From the human T2T-CHM13v2.0 reference genome, Homo sapiens, in the NCBI RefSeq assembly GCF_009914755.1, contig NC_060929.1: a stretch of 64,000 nucleotides of DNA; one strand, written 5' to 3'. Position 1 is the first letter of the stretch, and every line of letters begins with the position of its first letter. Positions 48,046 to 64,000 of the stretch are shown in pieces. A program made the position numbers and the translations under genes. Below the pieces are notes generated by a model. It made no database searches and was not told the DNA's origin. It saw nothing but the letters and a program-made list of their open reading frames with translations.

Positions 48046-48432
48046 TATGTTATTACTTGAGGTATAATACATATAAAATTAAATAAAACCATTTTAAGGT
48101 GCTCAAGTCAGTGATATTTAGCACATTTACAATGGTCTGCAACCATTGCATCTATTTAATTCCAAACACTTTCATCACCCCTAAAAAGAAATTGGATAGC
48201 CCTTAAGCAGTTATTTCCCATTACCCTTTCCTTCTTAGCCACTGCCAACCATCAATTCTTTTCTCTCCTATGTATTTATCTATTCTATATACTTCATGAA
48301 ATGAAATAACACAGTATATCACATTTCTAAGTGGCTTCTTTCGCTTAGCAAAATGTTTTTGAAGTTCACGCATTTTGCATCATGAATCAATACTTCATTC
48401 CTTCTTATGTTTGAATTTTATTTCATTGTATA

Positions 48433-48800
48433 TGTGACAGAGAATTTTACATATCCACTTGCTTGGCCAGACTACACAGACATGTGGTTAAGCATGATTC
48501 TAGATGTTTATGTGAAGGGATTTTTTTTTTAGATGAGATTAAAATTTAAATCAGTAGACATTGAGTAAAGCAGATTACTCTCTATAATGTTGTGGTTCTC
48601 ATCCAATCAGTAGAAGGCATTAATAGAGAAAGAGTGACCTTCCTAAACAAGAAAGAATTCTGCCAACAGATTGCTGTTGGACTTAAACTGTAGCTCTTCC
48701 CAGTGTCTCCAGCTTTCAAGCTTACCCTACAGATTTTGGATTTGTCAAGCCTCCACAATTACATAGGCAAATTTCTTAACATATGCCCCCACCTCTACAT
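48433..48800 (+). mobile_element. MLT2 (MLT2D-like) LTR followed by (TATC)n STR to ~48870
   Basis: gatgagattaaaatttaaatcagtagacattgagtaaagcagattactctctataatg...atccaatcagtagaaggc. Confidence 0.85.
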
Positions 48801-49280
48801 CTCTATCTATCTATATATCTTTCTATCTATCTGTCTATCTATCTATCTATCTATCTATCTATCCATCCATCTAGATATATATATATCTCCATATACACAC
48901 ATTTATATGTGTATATACACATATGTATAGCCATATTTACATATATATATATATACACACATGTGTTTATGTTTATATGGTAAGACTGTGTTTAGTTTTA
49001 TTTTAAAAAACTGTCAAACTGTCTTCCAAAATGACTGTATTATTTTATATTCTACCAGCAAATAATGACACGCAGTGTTACTCCATATTTTTGCCAAAAT
49101 GTGGTGGTGTTAGTGTTTTAGATTTTGGCCATTCTATGAGGTATGCAGTGGTATATCCTTGTTTTGATTTGCATCTTCCTAATGATCATCATCTTTTACT
49201 ATTTTGGACATTTATACATTTTATTTGGTGAGGTGTCTATTCAGGACTTTGGACAATTTTTAAATTGCTTCTTTTCTCAA

Positions 49281-49550
49281 ATTTTTAAATGTTTAATTTT
49301 TGTGGGTATATAGTAGATGTATATATTTTGGGGATACATGAGAGGTTTTGATACAGGAATACAATGTGAAATAATCACTTCATTGAGAATGGAGTATCCA
49401 TCCTCTCAAGCATTTATCTACAAATCAAAACAATTGAACTCATGGACAAAGGGAGTAGAAGGATGGTTCTCAGAGGCTCAGGAGGGTAATGGGGAGATGC
49501 AGATGGTTAATGGGTACAAAAATAGAAAGAATGAGTAAGACATACTGTTT
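49281..49550 (-). mobile_element. Short L1MA 3' insertion with inverted segment (49418-49550 plus)
   Basis: tttttgtgggtatatagtag...ctcaagcatttatc joined to aaatcaaaacaattgaactcatggac...aagaatgagtaagac. Confidence 0.8.
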
Positions 49551-50217
49551 GTTTTCTTGTTATTAAGTTGTATGACTTCTTTATATATTTTGGATAATTG
49601 TCTTTTACCAGGAATACCTTATACAAATATTATTTCCAGTTTATCGGCTTGTCTTCTAATTATTTAGACATAGTCTTTTGCAGATCAGAAGTTTTTAATT
49701 TTAACAAAGTACAGCTTGTCATTACTTTGTTCATGGATCATGTCTTTGGTGTATCTAAAAAGTCACTGCCATATTCAAGGCCATCTGGGTTTGTTATCTA
49801 TGTTATCTCCTAGGAGTTTTACAGTTTTATTCATTTTACACTTAGGTAAAATCTATTACCTATAATTTATTTTGAGTTAATTTTTGTGATGGGTATTAGA
49901 TCCATGTCTAGATTTTTTTGGAGGGACGACTATTCCTTTGTTCCTGTATCAAAGACCATTTGACTCTATTTGTATGTGTCTATTTCTTGGTTCTCTATCC
50001 TGTTCCATTGATTTGTTTGTCTCTCATTTTGCCACTACCACATTTTGTTTATTACTCTAAACATAATGCTTTACAGTAAACCTTGAAATTGGGTAGTGTC
50101 AGTCCATCAACTTTATTCTTCTTCAATTTTATATTAACTATTTTGGGTCTTTTGTCTCTTACACAAACTTTAGAATCGGTTTGTCAATATTTACAAAATA
50201 ACTTGCTGGGGTTTTTA

Positions 50218-51580
50218 CAGGCCCTCTTTAAGTGCCACATGAATTTTAGAATAGTTTTTCTACTTCTGTGAAAAATTACATGGGTATCTTAATAGGTATT
50301 GTATTGTATCTCTAGATGGCTTGGGGCACTGTAATCATTTTAACAATATTAATGCTTTGGTCTACAAGATAGATTATATTTCCATTTGTGTCTTCTTCAA
50401 TTTCTTTCATCAGTGGTTTGTAGTTCTTCTTGTAGAGAACTTTCACTTGCTTGTTTAAGTAAATTCCTAGTTTTTGTTTTAGTAGCTACGGTAGAAAAAA
50501 ATCAACATAAACATAAATAGGCAAATGAGTACTAATTAAGAAGCTTCTGCACATTACAAAATAAAAATAATAACCAACAGAGTAAACAGACGATCTACAG
50601 AATGGGAGAAAATATTTGCAAACTATACATCTGACAAAGAACTAATATTTAGAATCTCCAAGGAATTCAAACAAATCAGCAAGAAAATAAAACAAATAAT
50701 CCAGTTAAAAACTGGGCAAATGACAAGGATAGGTATTTCTCAAAAGAAGACATACAAGCAGCCAACAAGCACATGAAAAAGTGCTCAACATCACTATTCA
50801 TCAAGGAAATGCAAATTAAAACCACAAGGAGATAGAGCCTCCCCACACCAGAATGGCTACTATTAAAAAGTCAAAACCAATATATGTTGGGGAGATGTGG
50901 TAAAAAGGGAACACTTATATACTGCTGGTAATAATGTAAACTATTACAATCTCCATGGAAAATAGTATGGAGATTTCTCAAAGAACTAAAAGTGTATCTA
51001 CCATTCCATCCAACATTCCCACCACTGTGTCTCTACCCAAAGGAAAAGAAAGTCCTGATATCAAAAAGACACCTACCTGCACACATGTATTTATTGCAGC
51101 ACAATTCACAATTGTAAAGATATAGACTCAACCTATGTGCCCATCAACTGATGAGTGGATACAGAAAATGTTATATATGTGTGTGTGTGTTTGCATATGT
51201 GTGTACATATCATGGAATACTACTCAACCATAAAAAAGAATGAAATAATGTCTTTTGCAGCATTTGAATGGTTGAATGGAACTGAAGGTCATTACCCTAA
51301 CTGAAGTAACTCAGGACTGAAAAGTTAAATACTATGTGTTCTCACTTAACAAGTGGGAGCTAATCTATGTGTATAAAAAAAGCATACAGAGGTGGTATAA
51401 TGGACATTGGAGATTCAGAAGTGGGGAGACTGGAGGGGTGTTGAGCAATAAGAAATTATCTATTGGGTACAATGTACCCTTTTAGAGTGACAGGTACACT
51501 AAAAGCCCAGACTTTACCACTATAAAATTCATCTATGTAACCACAAACCACATGTACTCCAAAGCTATTGAAGAAAAAAA
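50218..51580 (+). mobile_element. L1PB-type 3' end (plus ~50493-51580) preceded by a minus-strand ORF2 segment
   Basis: gaatgggagaaaatatttgcaaac...cactaaaagcccagactttaccac...aaagctattgaagaaaaaaa. Confidence 0.85.
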
Positions 51581-51584
51581 ATGA

Positions 51585-54250
51585 AGTGATTATTGATATA
51601 ATTGGGGTAATGTTTACCATACTTTTTAATGCTTTCTCTTTGTTGTCCTTGTATTCTATTCCTATTTTTTGTCTTCTGCTTTTTTCCTGCCTTTTGTGAT
51701 TTTCATTGTGAATTTTGTGTAATATATTTTCCTTTCTTAGCACATCAGTTCTCCTCCTTCTCCTCTTCCTTCTCCTTAATTTAGTTTTTGTCTTAGAGTT
51801 TTCAATATACATTTACAACTAAGTCAAGTTCACTTCCTAATAACACTATACTGCTCTATGGGTAGTGTAAATGACTTATAATGAAAAAATAATCTGAATT
51901 TCTCCATATAGTCTCTTGTACTGTTGCTTCATTCATTTCATTTTTATACATAAACATATGAAATTATGTTTACTGTATATAGTAGTCACAGTCTCTGTAG
52001 ATTGCTTGTGGTGGTGTAAATATTTTAACAATATTAATGCTTCTGACATATGATTGATGTCTCTCTCTCTAGACATATTTATATATATATTATAATCATA
52101 TATAGTAAGAAAAGTAAATAATTCTTTTTATGGACTCATTGGCAGGTTGGATATGGCTGAGAAAAGAATTTGAGAATATTCTCAAGAGCTTGGAAATATT
52201 TCAGGAGAAACTTTCAAAACTGAAAAGTAAAGATAAAAAAATTTTATAAAAAGAATAGAATATCAAAGAGCTGTGGGGAAACTATTATACAAAAGGCATA
52301 ATATATACATAATAGAATAGAAAAAGATGTAGAGAAACAGAAAAAAAGCAGATGTATATACATAAACATAGCTTATTGAATGCATTGATTTTATTATTTT
52401 AAAGAATCTGATATCTATTAGCTCACTTAAGAATAAAATAATTATTTTACCTTCACTTTTTATTTCTCTGATGATCTTTCTTTTATATACAGACTGAGTT
52501 GCTTATTTACAGCATTTTTCTTTCTCTGAAGAACTTCTTTAGCATTTCTTGCAAGGCAGGTCTATTAACAAATTCTTTCCATTGCTGTTTGGTTCAGAAA
52601 GTATTTATTTCTCTTCTACTTTTGAAAGATAATTATGCAGAGTACATATTTCTAGGGTGGTAGTTTTTAATTTTTTTCTCTCAGAACTATTTCACTCCAG
52701 TTTCTTCTTACCTGAATGATTTCTGAGGAGGAGATGAATGTAATTCTTATGTTTAACCCTCTGTTATTTTTGCATTTATCCTGTTTGGTGTTTTCTGAGC
52801 TTTCTGGGTCCATGGCCTGGTGTCTGAAATTAATTTGGGAAAGTTCTCAGTCATTATTGCTTCAAATATTTTTTTCTCTTCTTTTCTTTCTCATCTTCCA
52901 TTTTGCATATATTATGCCCTTTATAGTTTTCCCACAGTTCTTAGATATTCCATTCTTTGTTTTTTTCTTCAGTAATTTTCCTCTAGGTTTTTATTGAGGT
53001 ATCCTTAAGTTTAGTTATTCTTTTCTCAGCCATATCCAGTCTACTAAGGAGTACATCAAAAGCAGTATTCATTTCTGTTGCTGTGTTTTTGATTGAAAAC
53101 ATTTCCTTTTGATTTTTTTCTTAGGATTTCCACCTCTCTGCTCACATTTCTTATTTGTTCTTGCATGCTTTCTACCTTATTCTTTAAAGTTTGTGGCACA
53201 GTAAACATAGTTGTTTCGAATTTCCTGTTTCATAGTCCCAACACATCTGCAATATCTGAGTCTGTTTCTGATGTTTTCTCTCTCTCTTCAAACTGTGTTT
53301 CTTGACTGTTAGTATGCCTTGTAATTTTTTCTTGGCAGCATGACATAATGTCCTGGGTAAAAGAAGCTGCAGTAAACAGGCCTTTAGTAATGTGGTGGTC
53401 AGGTATGGCAGTAGGAAGAGTCTCAGTTTTTTAATCACCCTATATCTTTAGATTATGAACTTCACAGTACTTCTCAATTTCCACTCCCATCCCCTTTCCC
53501 TGGAACAGCCTGGCTGGAGTGAACCAGAGTTGGATATTTTTTTTCTGCACGTGACATGCTAGAGCTAGCTGGAGTAGGGTATTTACCTTCTCCAGGTCAA
53601 CTGGGCTCTGCAACAATAGCAACTAGTTTTAGCTCTGGTAAAATAGTTTTTCTTCGGGGCAGGCCTTTTTTTTTTTTTTTTAAGAAAAACAGAATGCTTA
53701 GGATAATAGCCTCTAGCTGCATACATGTTTCTGCCGAGGAGGAGGAGGAGGAGGGGGAGGGGGAAGGGGAAGCGGGGAAGGGGCGAAAGGGGGGGAGGGG
53801 GAGGGGGAGAAGGAGGGCAACAACAGAATGCTCCAGTATATTAATTTCAAACTGGTTACTTTCTTTTCTCCCTGCTGGCAGCATGAAGGGATTTTTCTGA
53901 TATTTACTGTGATAACCTGGTGAAGGTCCTGCAGATGAAACTCACAAAAGTGTGGGGTTCTGTACAAAGTTTGAGAGTATTCACACTGAGCCTCCAACAT
54001 TCATCAGCTCCTGTTTAGGTCTGCCTGTTCACCAGGACTGGTCCCCACAGAGGTTTCTGCTCCTGGTTTTCTGCTCCAATAAGTTGTGATTTTCTACCTC
54101 TGCCTGTCTCTCTAATATTGAGGGCACCAGTTTATCTGTGACCTCACTTCTCTTACAAATCTAAGGAGAGTTATTGACTTTTCATTTTCCTCAGTTTTAA
54201 GTTTTTTTGTTAGTACAAGTGACATATTCCTAGCTCCTTGAATTTCAGAT
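51585..54250 (-). mobile_element. L1MC/L1MD-type ORF1 and 5' region
   Basis: gcatttcttgcaaggcaggtct...gatttctgaggag...gtgacctcacttctct. Confidence 0.75.
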
Positions 54251-54576
54251 CAGAAAGTTTTATTGTTTCTTTGGCAATATTTTTACTGATGCTTCCAAAT
54301 AAAAATAAATAGCAATATTTTGTCGTTACTGATCTTTTTGCATAGTGAAAATTGTTACATTGTTTTCAAGTGTCCAGATGAATTTATTTTTTTTTGTTTT
54401 TAAAGATTTGATTATTTCTTCTGGCTAAAACCAATATATTATCTATATTTCACAATAGCCAAAGTTTTTGATTATAACAATATAAGAAAAGTATATATCA
54501 CTACAAATAATTGTGTGATATAAAGAAGTATTACAATATAACTTTTATAAAATTATTAATGGTAATCTCAGTTTAC

Positions 54577-54610
54577 ATTCTGGCAATGGTAATATTCTGG
54601 CAATGGTAAT
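54577..54610. repeat. Exact 17-bp tandem duplication
   Basis: attctggcaatggtaat x2. Confidence 0.95.
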
Positions 54611-56109
54611 TACTGATCATAAATGCATGCAACTCTGTAAAAAGTCTAAGTACTATTTTCCTTTCAAATACTCTTTTGGACACAGTGTTTAAACTATTCA
54701 ATCTGGTCTCCAGGTGCCTCCCAACCCTCAGCACCACCTGCTTGACCCAGCATGCTCTTGCTCCTTAATAGAGGCTGATCTTTTCCCTCTCCTTTGATCT
54801 CATTCTGAGTCATCACTATTCACATAGGCTGTCCTTGGGACAGGCTGTGGCAAAATTCTATTTCCTTCCATTAGATTAAATCCTACTCATAACTTAAATC
54901 ACACTTCTTCAAAGAAGACATCTTGGACAGAGAAAAATAAAATAAAATTACCTTTCTGCTAATGTCTCCTTATATAATGCCCTTAAATGTTTTATGTGTT
55001 TGTAATATATCATCAACTATTAAACTGTCTCAATTATATAGTACTGTAGATTTTATAGAGAGCTTCAAAAGTCTTTTTATGCATTCCTGACAATAGTTCT
55101 ATAGTTGGTTGGATTTCTATTCCAACAGATGTAGAAATTGAGAATGCGGAGTATAGGGTAACCTACTCTGAATTACAGAGCCCCATAAAACTAGAAACTA
55201 AACATAGTCCCTATCTTCTGATGATCTGACCTCTGTAAATATCTCTTTCTTGTCTTCTTCATGTTGTATACATTTGGACCTATTTTTCATTTAACTCGAT
55301 AAATGGATGTTTTCGTGGAATGTAAGAGGAAATCCTTGGAAAAACTCTGATGCTTTAGAAGTATCATACCACTTATCACTAGAGCTCATTCCATCACTGG
55401 GAAATATATAATTGATTAAATTAACTGACTCTCTCAGAAATCCCTTGTTCAATCACTTTGCAGAGAATTCTCATCAACACAGTTAATGCATTTAGTTGAC
55501 ACTGACTAGTTACTAATTTAGCAGTGATTTGAGAGAATGGGTTAAAGGATATGCATGTTATAATAGAGGAGAAGAAAGTTAGGTCAGGATTTGGGGATAC
55601 TATTATCAGTGGCACAGCAAAGTGGGGTTTTGTGCAAGTGGCATCTAGAAAATATGAAGTCCTAGTTGGTAGAAGAAAAAATGAAGCAAAGCCATGGGAA
55701 AGGATGTTAAGAATAAAACATACAGATGTTAAAAAACATATTATATATGCAATATTTACAGGTGATTGATATATTAATACATAATAAATACATTTACATG
55801 CAATTATATGTCATATGTTTTATATATTACAAAAGAATCAAAGGGACAAGATTTAGTCTGTGGTAGAATTTTAAGCAAATATTTTGAAATGAATAAGATA
55901 GTAAAAAATCGAGCTGAAAGAAATTCTAAAGGGCTTTTTTATTTTCATCATTTCCCAGAAAAGGCCCTGTTTCTGCCAAATAAAGCTAAGTACCTTTTTT
56001 TTTCAAGGTGAGAGACAGAATAAGAAGCAAGGGTTACCTTATTCCCATTTATACTGTATATGTTAGCCAAGTTGAATGACTTGCAGTTCATTGTATACTT
56101 CATGATTTT

Positions 56110-56325
56110 CACATTCCTCTGCCTTTGCACTTGCCTCACCCTTAAATGGATGGTGTGCATGTGTCTCCTGTTTATCCTTTATCTGTATTTGCCTATTTGC
56201 TTTTCTGCTTTTCTAGCCTAGTTGAATTATGTAAGAAATGAAACTGTATCCCTTTCATTTTCACATCTCTCAGTGGCTAACTCACAGTGGATGCTTAATA
56301 AATATTTGTTTAAAAAATTGAATAG
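56110..56325 (+). mobile_element. L2 3' end remnant
   Basis: cctttgcacttgc...cacagtggatgcttaataaatatttgttt. Confidence 0.55.
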
Positions 56326-57394
56326 GTATCGGCTAGAACTGACATTTTATACACTGTAGTTTTTCTCCCATTATTTATTTTAAATTGTAAGGATTTCTTT
56401 TATATGAATTGTGAAATTTAGATTACATTATTTTATCTATAGATGCCACATTTTAAATGCCTTGGTTTCAATGATTTTTCTCTTGACCATCTGTTATCAA
56501 GTAAATTTTATAACTACATTTCATTGTTTCTATTTTACAACTTTTGTAATACTTTAATTTTCATGCCCAGTAATGTCTCCAAAATGGGGAAGATATGGTT
56601 ACAAGAATGTACTATACTTTTCATATGTCATATTAAATTCCTTTATTCCAATAGCTAAACAGTGTCCAACTCTCTATTTTAACAGCTTTGGTTAAACAGA
56701 ATATTTCTGGTTTCATCTATTATTCTTTTACATCTTTTAGGTGTTTCTGTAAATTCAGAGTACATCAAGAAAATTAGGCATTCTGTGTTGTTTTAGCTGT
56801 TTTGCATTGAACAAAAACATGTTAATCAAATTGTGACAGACAGTCAGAAGTAAAATGGAGCAATATGAGACTATGCAGAAAAAAAAAAGAATAACTAAAA
56901 TTTCACGTGGAAAGGAACATTTTATAAAAGCTTTTCCAAAGAGCGTTTACCAAAAAGATATCCTAGTGCATGAGGGCATTTTAACTTTCTATCTTAACTA
57001 CTTTATATAACTAATTTCACTTGGCTACTTTATATTTTTTTCAGTATTTGAATAATGTTTAACAATTTTATTACTGGAACATGCTATAAACCTACTTAAA
57101 TATTGAGAAAAACTTGTTCCACATTCTCATTATAAGGCATTCTATCTTATAAGATCATTGTCTATTTCAGATTAAATTTATGTTGTTTCATTTATTCAGA
57201 GACACAAATTCAACTTTATTCATTTGCATCTCTAACATTTTTAAGAAAATGCTCATAAGCATTTAGATTTACACACATTTATTTGTATTTAATGATATAA
57301 CTTATGTAGAGTATATAAATGTCTTTTATGGCTTTCACATAAGCACATCTTGGGACTAAACAATATTATGAGGTTATGAGTATCCTTCTTTACT

Positions 57395-57743
<349 letters not shown>

Positions 57744-57788
57744 TAGGAGCGTATCCTGGATCAGAATGTTAACAAGTAGCACAGAAAA

Positions 57789-57791
<3 letters not shown>

Positions 57792-57828
<37 letters not shown>

Positions 57829-57868
57829 ATATATGTATATATAATATATGTGTGTATATATATATAAT
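57792..57868. repeat. (TA)n microsatellite
   Basis: Direct inspection. Confidence 0.95.
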
Positions 57869-59469
57869 TTGAAAGTTAGTGGTTCACTAGGTCAGGTAAG
57901 CAGGATAATGACAGTAGAGGCCATAACAAGTTCTGAATGATAAAAAAATCTGAAGTAAAAAGAGTAGTCAACAGAATTGAACAGATAATTTAGAAAAATA
58001 GAAAAAGAACTTACTATGAATGCAAATATTCCTATTTATTCAGTGGCTTTTTAACACTTTCTTCTATGGTGTAAACCTAGCTGACAGGAAGGCAGCTTTA
58101 GCTAGTAAATAGGCTTACTGTAGCACAAGATATTTAAATAGTTTTCTGAAGAACTCTGTTTGGGACCTTGGAGAGAGGACAGAAAGAGGAAGAGATAAAT
58201 GAAGGATATGTGAAAGTAATAATAAAAACTAAGTAGTAATCTGAGGTATGCAAGGGAGGCAACCAATAGAAAGAGAAATATGAATATTGCTGACTGCATA
58301 AACATGACATCATTTTTATTTCTATTTTTATTTCATCTCTGTCTATATTACCTATATGACATGGTAGGAAGTAGACACCCTGAGGAGTGAGAGAGGGTAA
58401 GGGTGGGAGAGCGATTTAAATCCTTATGTGATTGATAAAATGTATTATTTGGCCAGTGAAACATTGTAGTTTGGAGTAATAATTCAACTTGTGCAAATTG
58501 CTTCTAGTGTCATGTTACTTACTCAAAAACATTGTTTACTATATTAATCTCTAGTGCAAAGTCTATTTGGGTTCATCATGTGTTTATTAATTTTTTGTTA
58601 AATATCATATTAGGATAATGTCATTAATAAATTATTGATGATAAAGAAAATTATTTAATGTGCTTAAATGATCATATTACTATAATAAACTATTTGTGTA
58701 TAAGCAACTGAACATATTCCTGATTTCTCAGACTTTTATAATAAACATGTCTTAAGAATTAAAAAAGTGAGAAAATATTTAATTTTATTAATTGTTTGTT
58801 ACTATGTTTTAATGCATAATTTCACCAATAACTTACTTTTTTCTCATCTGGGTACGCTTAAGAAACTGAGGAATAATGTAAAAATAACAAAATTTATCAG
58901 AACTGCCTTAATTCATTAGAATTTAAACACTGAAAATATTGATCCATTCTATGTTTAGAAAATTATTCAAAGAATAAAATCTCATATAGAATATCATTTA
59001 TTTTTAGGTTATCTTACTTGAAACTTGAAACTGCAACATATTATATCTGACATTTTATGCTGATTACCTTTTTAAAAATGATCACACCAGATAGCTAACA
59101 GTTTTCAGGTTCAACATTATTATATAAATAAAATGAGGAAACATTCATAATAAGTTAACTTTAATCTTGGGAAAAAAAGCAACTAGGTGATTGTGAACCA
59201 ACATCCCTCATTAAATTAATTGGTTTACCTAATTCTTATGTCTGCTAAATGCAGCTTATTAAGCTTTATGCTCTTTTACATTTATTACAGTAACATCTTG
59301 TGAATTTTGTGTTATTTTTCTTTATAATCATCTTATAAATAATTTGATCATTGAAGAAGCTTAACCTACTTTGCTAAGGAGAAAAATATCTTCAAATTGC
59401 TGGTTCAACAATATAATCTTGAAAATAATCTCTGCTAGGGCCTAGATGATTTGCATGGACTTCTGGTAA

Positions 59470-60514
59470 TATATCAGTTAGCTTGGACTACCATAATAAA
59501 ACACCACAGACTGTAGCTTAAACAACAGAGATTTATTTTCTCACAGTTTAGAGGCTGGAAGTACCATATCAGAGTGCCAGCATGATTAGATTCTAATGAA
59601 GGATCTCTTGCTGGGTTGCAGATAGCTATCATCTTGCAATGTACTCATATGGCTCTGCCTTGATCTATGTGCATGGAGAGAGAAAGAGAAGAAGATCTTT
59701 GGTGTCACTTCTTACAAGGACCATAACTGTATCAGATTACAATGTCATGCTTATGATCTCACTTAATCACATATGTAAAGGCCCTATGCCCATTATAGTC
59801 ACATAAAGGGTTAGGGCTTCAATATATGAATTGTGGGGTAAGAAATTAAATTCATAGCATTCTACCCCTGGCTCTCTCAATTTCATGTCCTTATCATGGG
59901 CAAGATGTATTTTTTTCATCCCAACAATCTCAAGATGTTTTTAGTCATTCCATCTAAACTCTAAATTTGAAAGTCCAAAGCATCATCTAAATATCATCAA
60001 ATCAGATGAAGGGAACACTCAAACTATGATTTATTCTGATGTAAATTTCTTTCTGGCTATAAAACTGTAAAACCAGACAAAGTATGTGTTTCCAAAATGC
60101 AGTAGTTGGTCAGGCATAGAATCGACATTATTATTCCAAAAGGCAAAAATAAGGAGAAAAATGTGTGGGCGAAAGGTCTCAACCAACTCAGAAATCGAGA
60201 AAGATAATTTTCCATAGATCTTAAGGCTTTAATAATACTCTTTGGCTTAATACTCTGCTATCCAGGACTGCTGGAGACAGAGTCACCCACACAGCTGTAC
60301 AAGGAAGCCTCACTCCTTCGGTCCTCTGTGAGAAATCTACCCATGTGGCTTCCTATGGGGCAGCTCCACTCCTTAAGCCCTGGATGTGGTCCTGCTGTCC
60401 CACAGAAAAAAGGGAACCTGATCCTGCCCTTTGAAATGGAGGAGGAAACAGCCTTTCCCTCTAAGCCTGTGGCAAGAATGGTATCTCTGATGCTCTCAGA
60501 ATCACCTTTAGGAA
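59470..60514 (-). mobile_element. MLT1A-like LTR (59470-~59858) plus MLT internal sequence, interrupted by L1PA2
   Basis: cttggactaccataataaaacaccacagact...gaggctggaagt...gttagggcttcaatatatgaatt...ttcatagca, then MLT-int-like text. Confidence 0.8.

Positions 60515-64000
<3,486 letters not shown>

Larger units (their letters stand above)
48050..50215 (-). mobile_element. L1MB/L1M-type 3' end, interrupted by MLT2 LTR and L1MA insert
   Basis: ttgaggtataatacata...ttccaaacactttcatcaccc...ctgtcaaactgtcttccaaaatgactg...gtcagtccatcaactttattc. Confidence 0.75.

Noticed and set aside
53556-54000. Glu/Gly- and Pro-rich ORFs
   Set aside because: Derived from the G-rich simple repeat within L1 sequence

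Overview
AT-rich, repeat-dense primate (very probably human) genomic DNA, intergenic or deep intronic. I found no supportable cellular protein-coding gene or RNA gene. The window holds a decayed class I ERV gag-pro-pol remnant (1-2755), a very young AluYa5-like insertion, a 5'-truncated L1PA3-type LINE (8.0-13.7 kb) and a two-LTR ERV-L (MLT2) provirus remnant (25.9-31.2 kb). It also holds an MLT1 LTR-int-LTR element, THE1/MLT/LTR16 LTRs, DNA-transposon relics, many old L1M pieces, and an L1PA2-type LINE running off the 3' edge with a 982-codon open ORF2 stretch behind one nonsense codon. I see no evidence for a new biological system. The most unusual signals are DNA-repair and retrotransposition scars: fold-back hairpins with a locally templated insert (47.3-47.4 kb), a hairpin inside the ERV-L RT (28.4 kb), a fold-back/VNTR complex (39 kb), a minimal inverted L1 insert with a G-rich tail (53.7 kb), and several twin-priming L1 inversions. 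Repeat subfamily names come from recalled consensus motifs, and boundaries of old elements are approximate.
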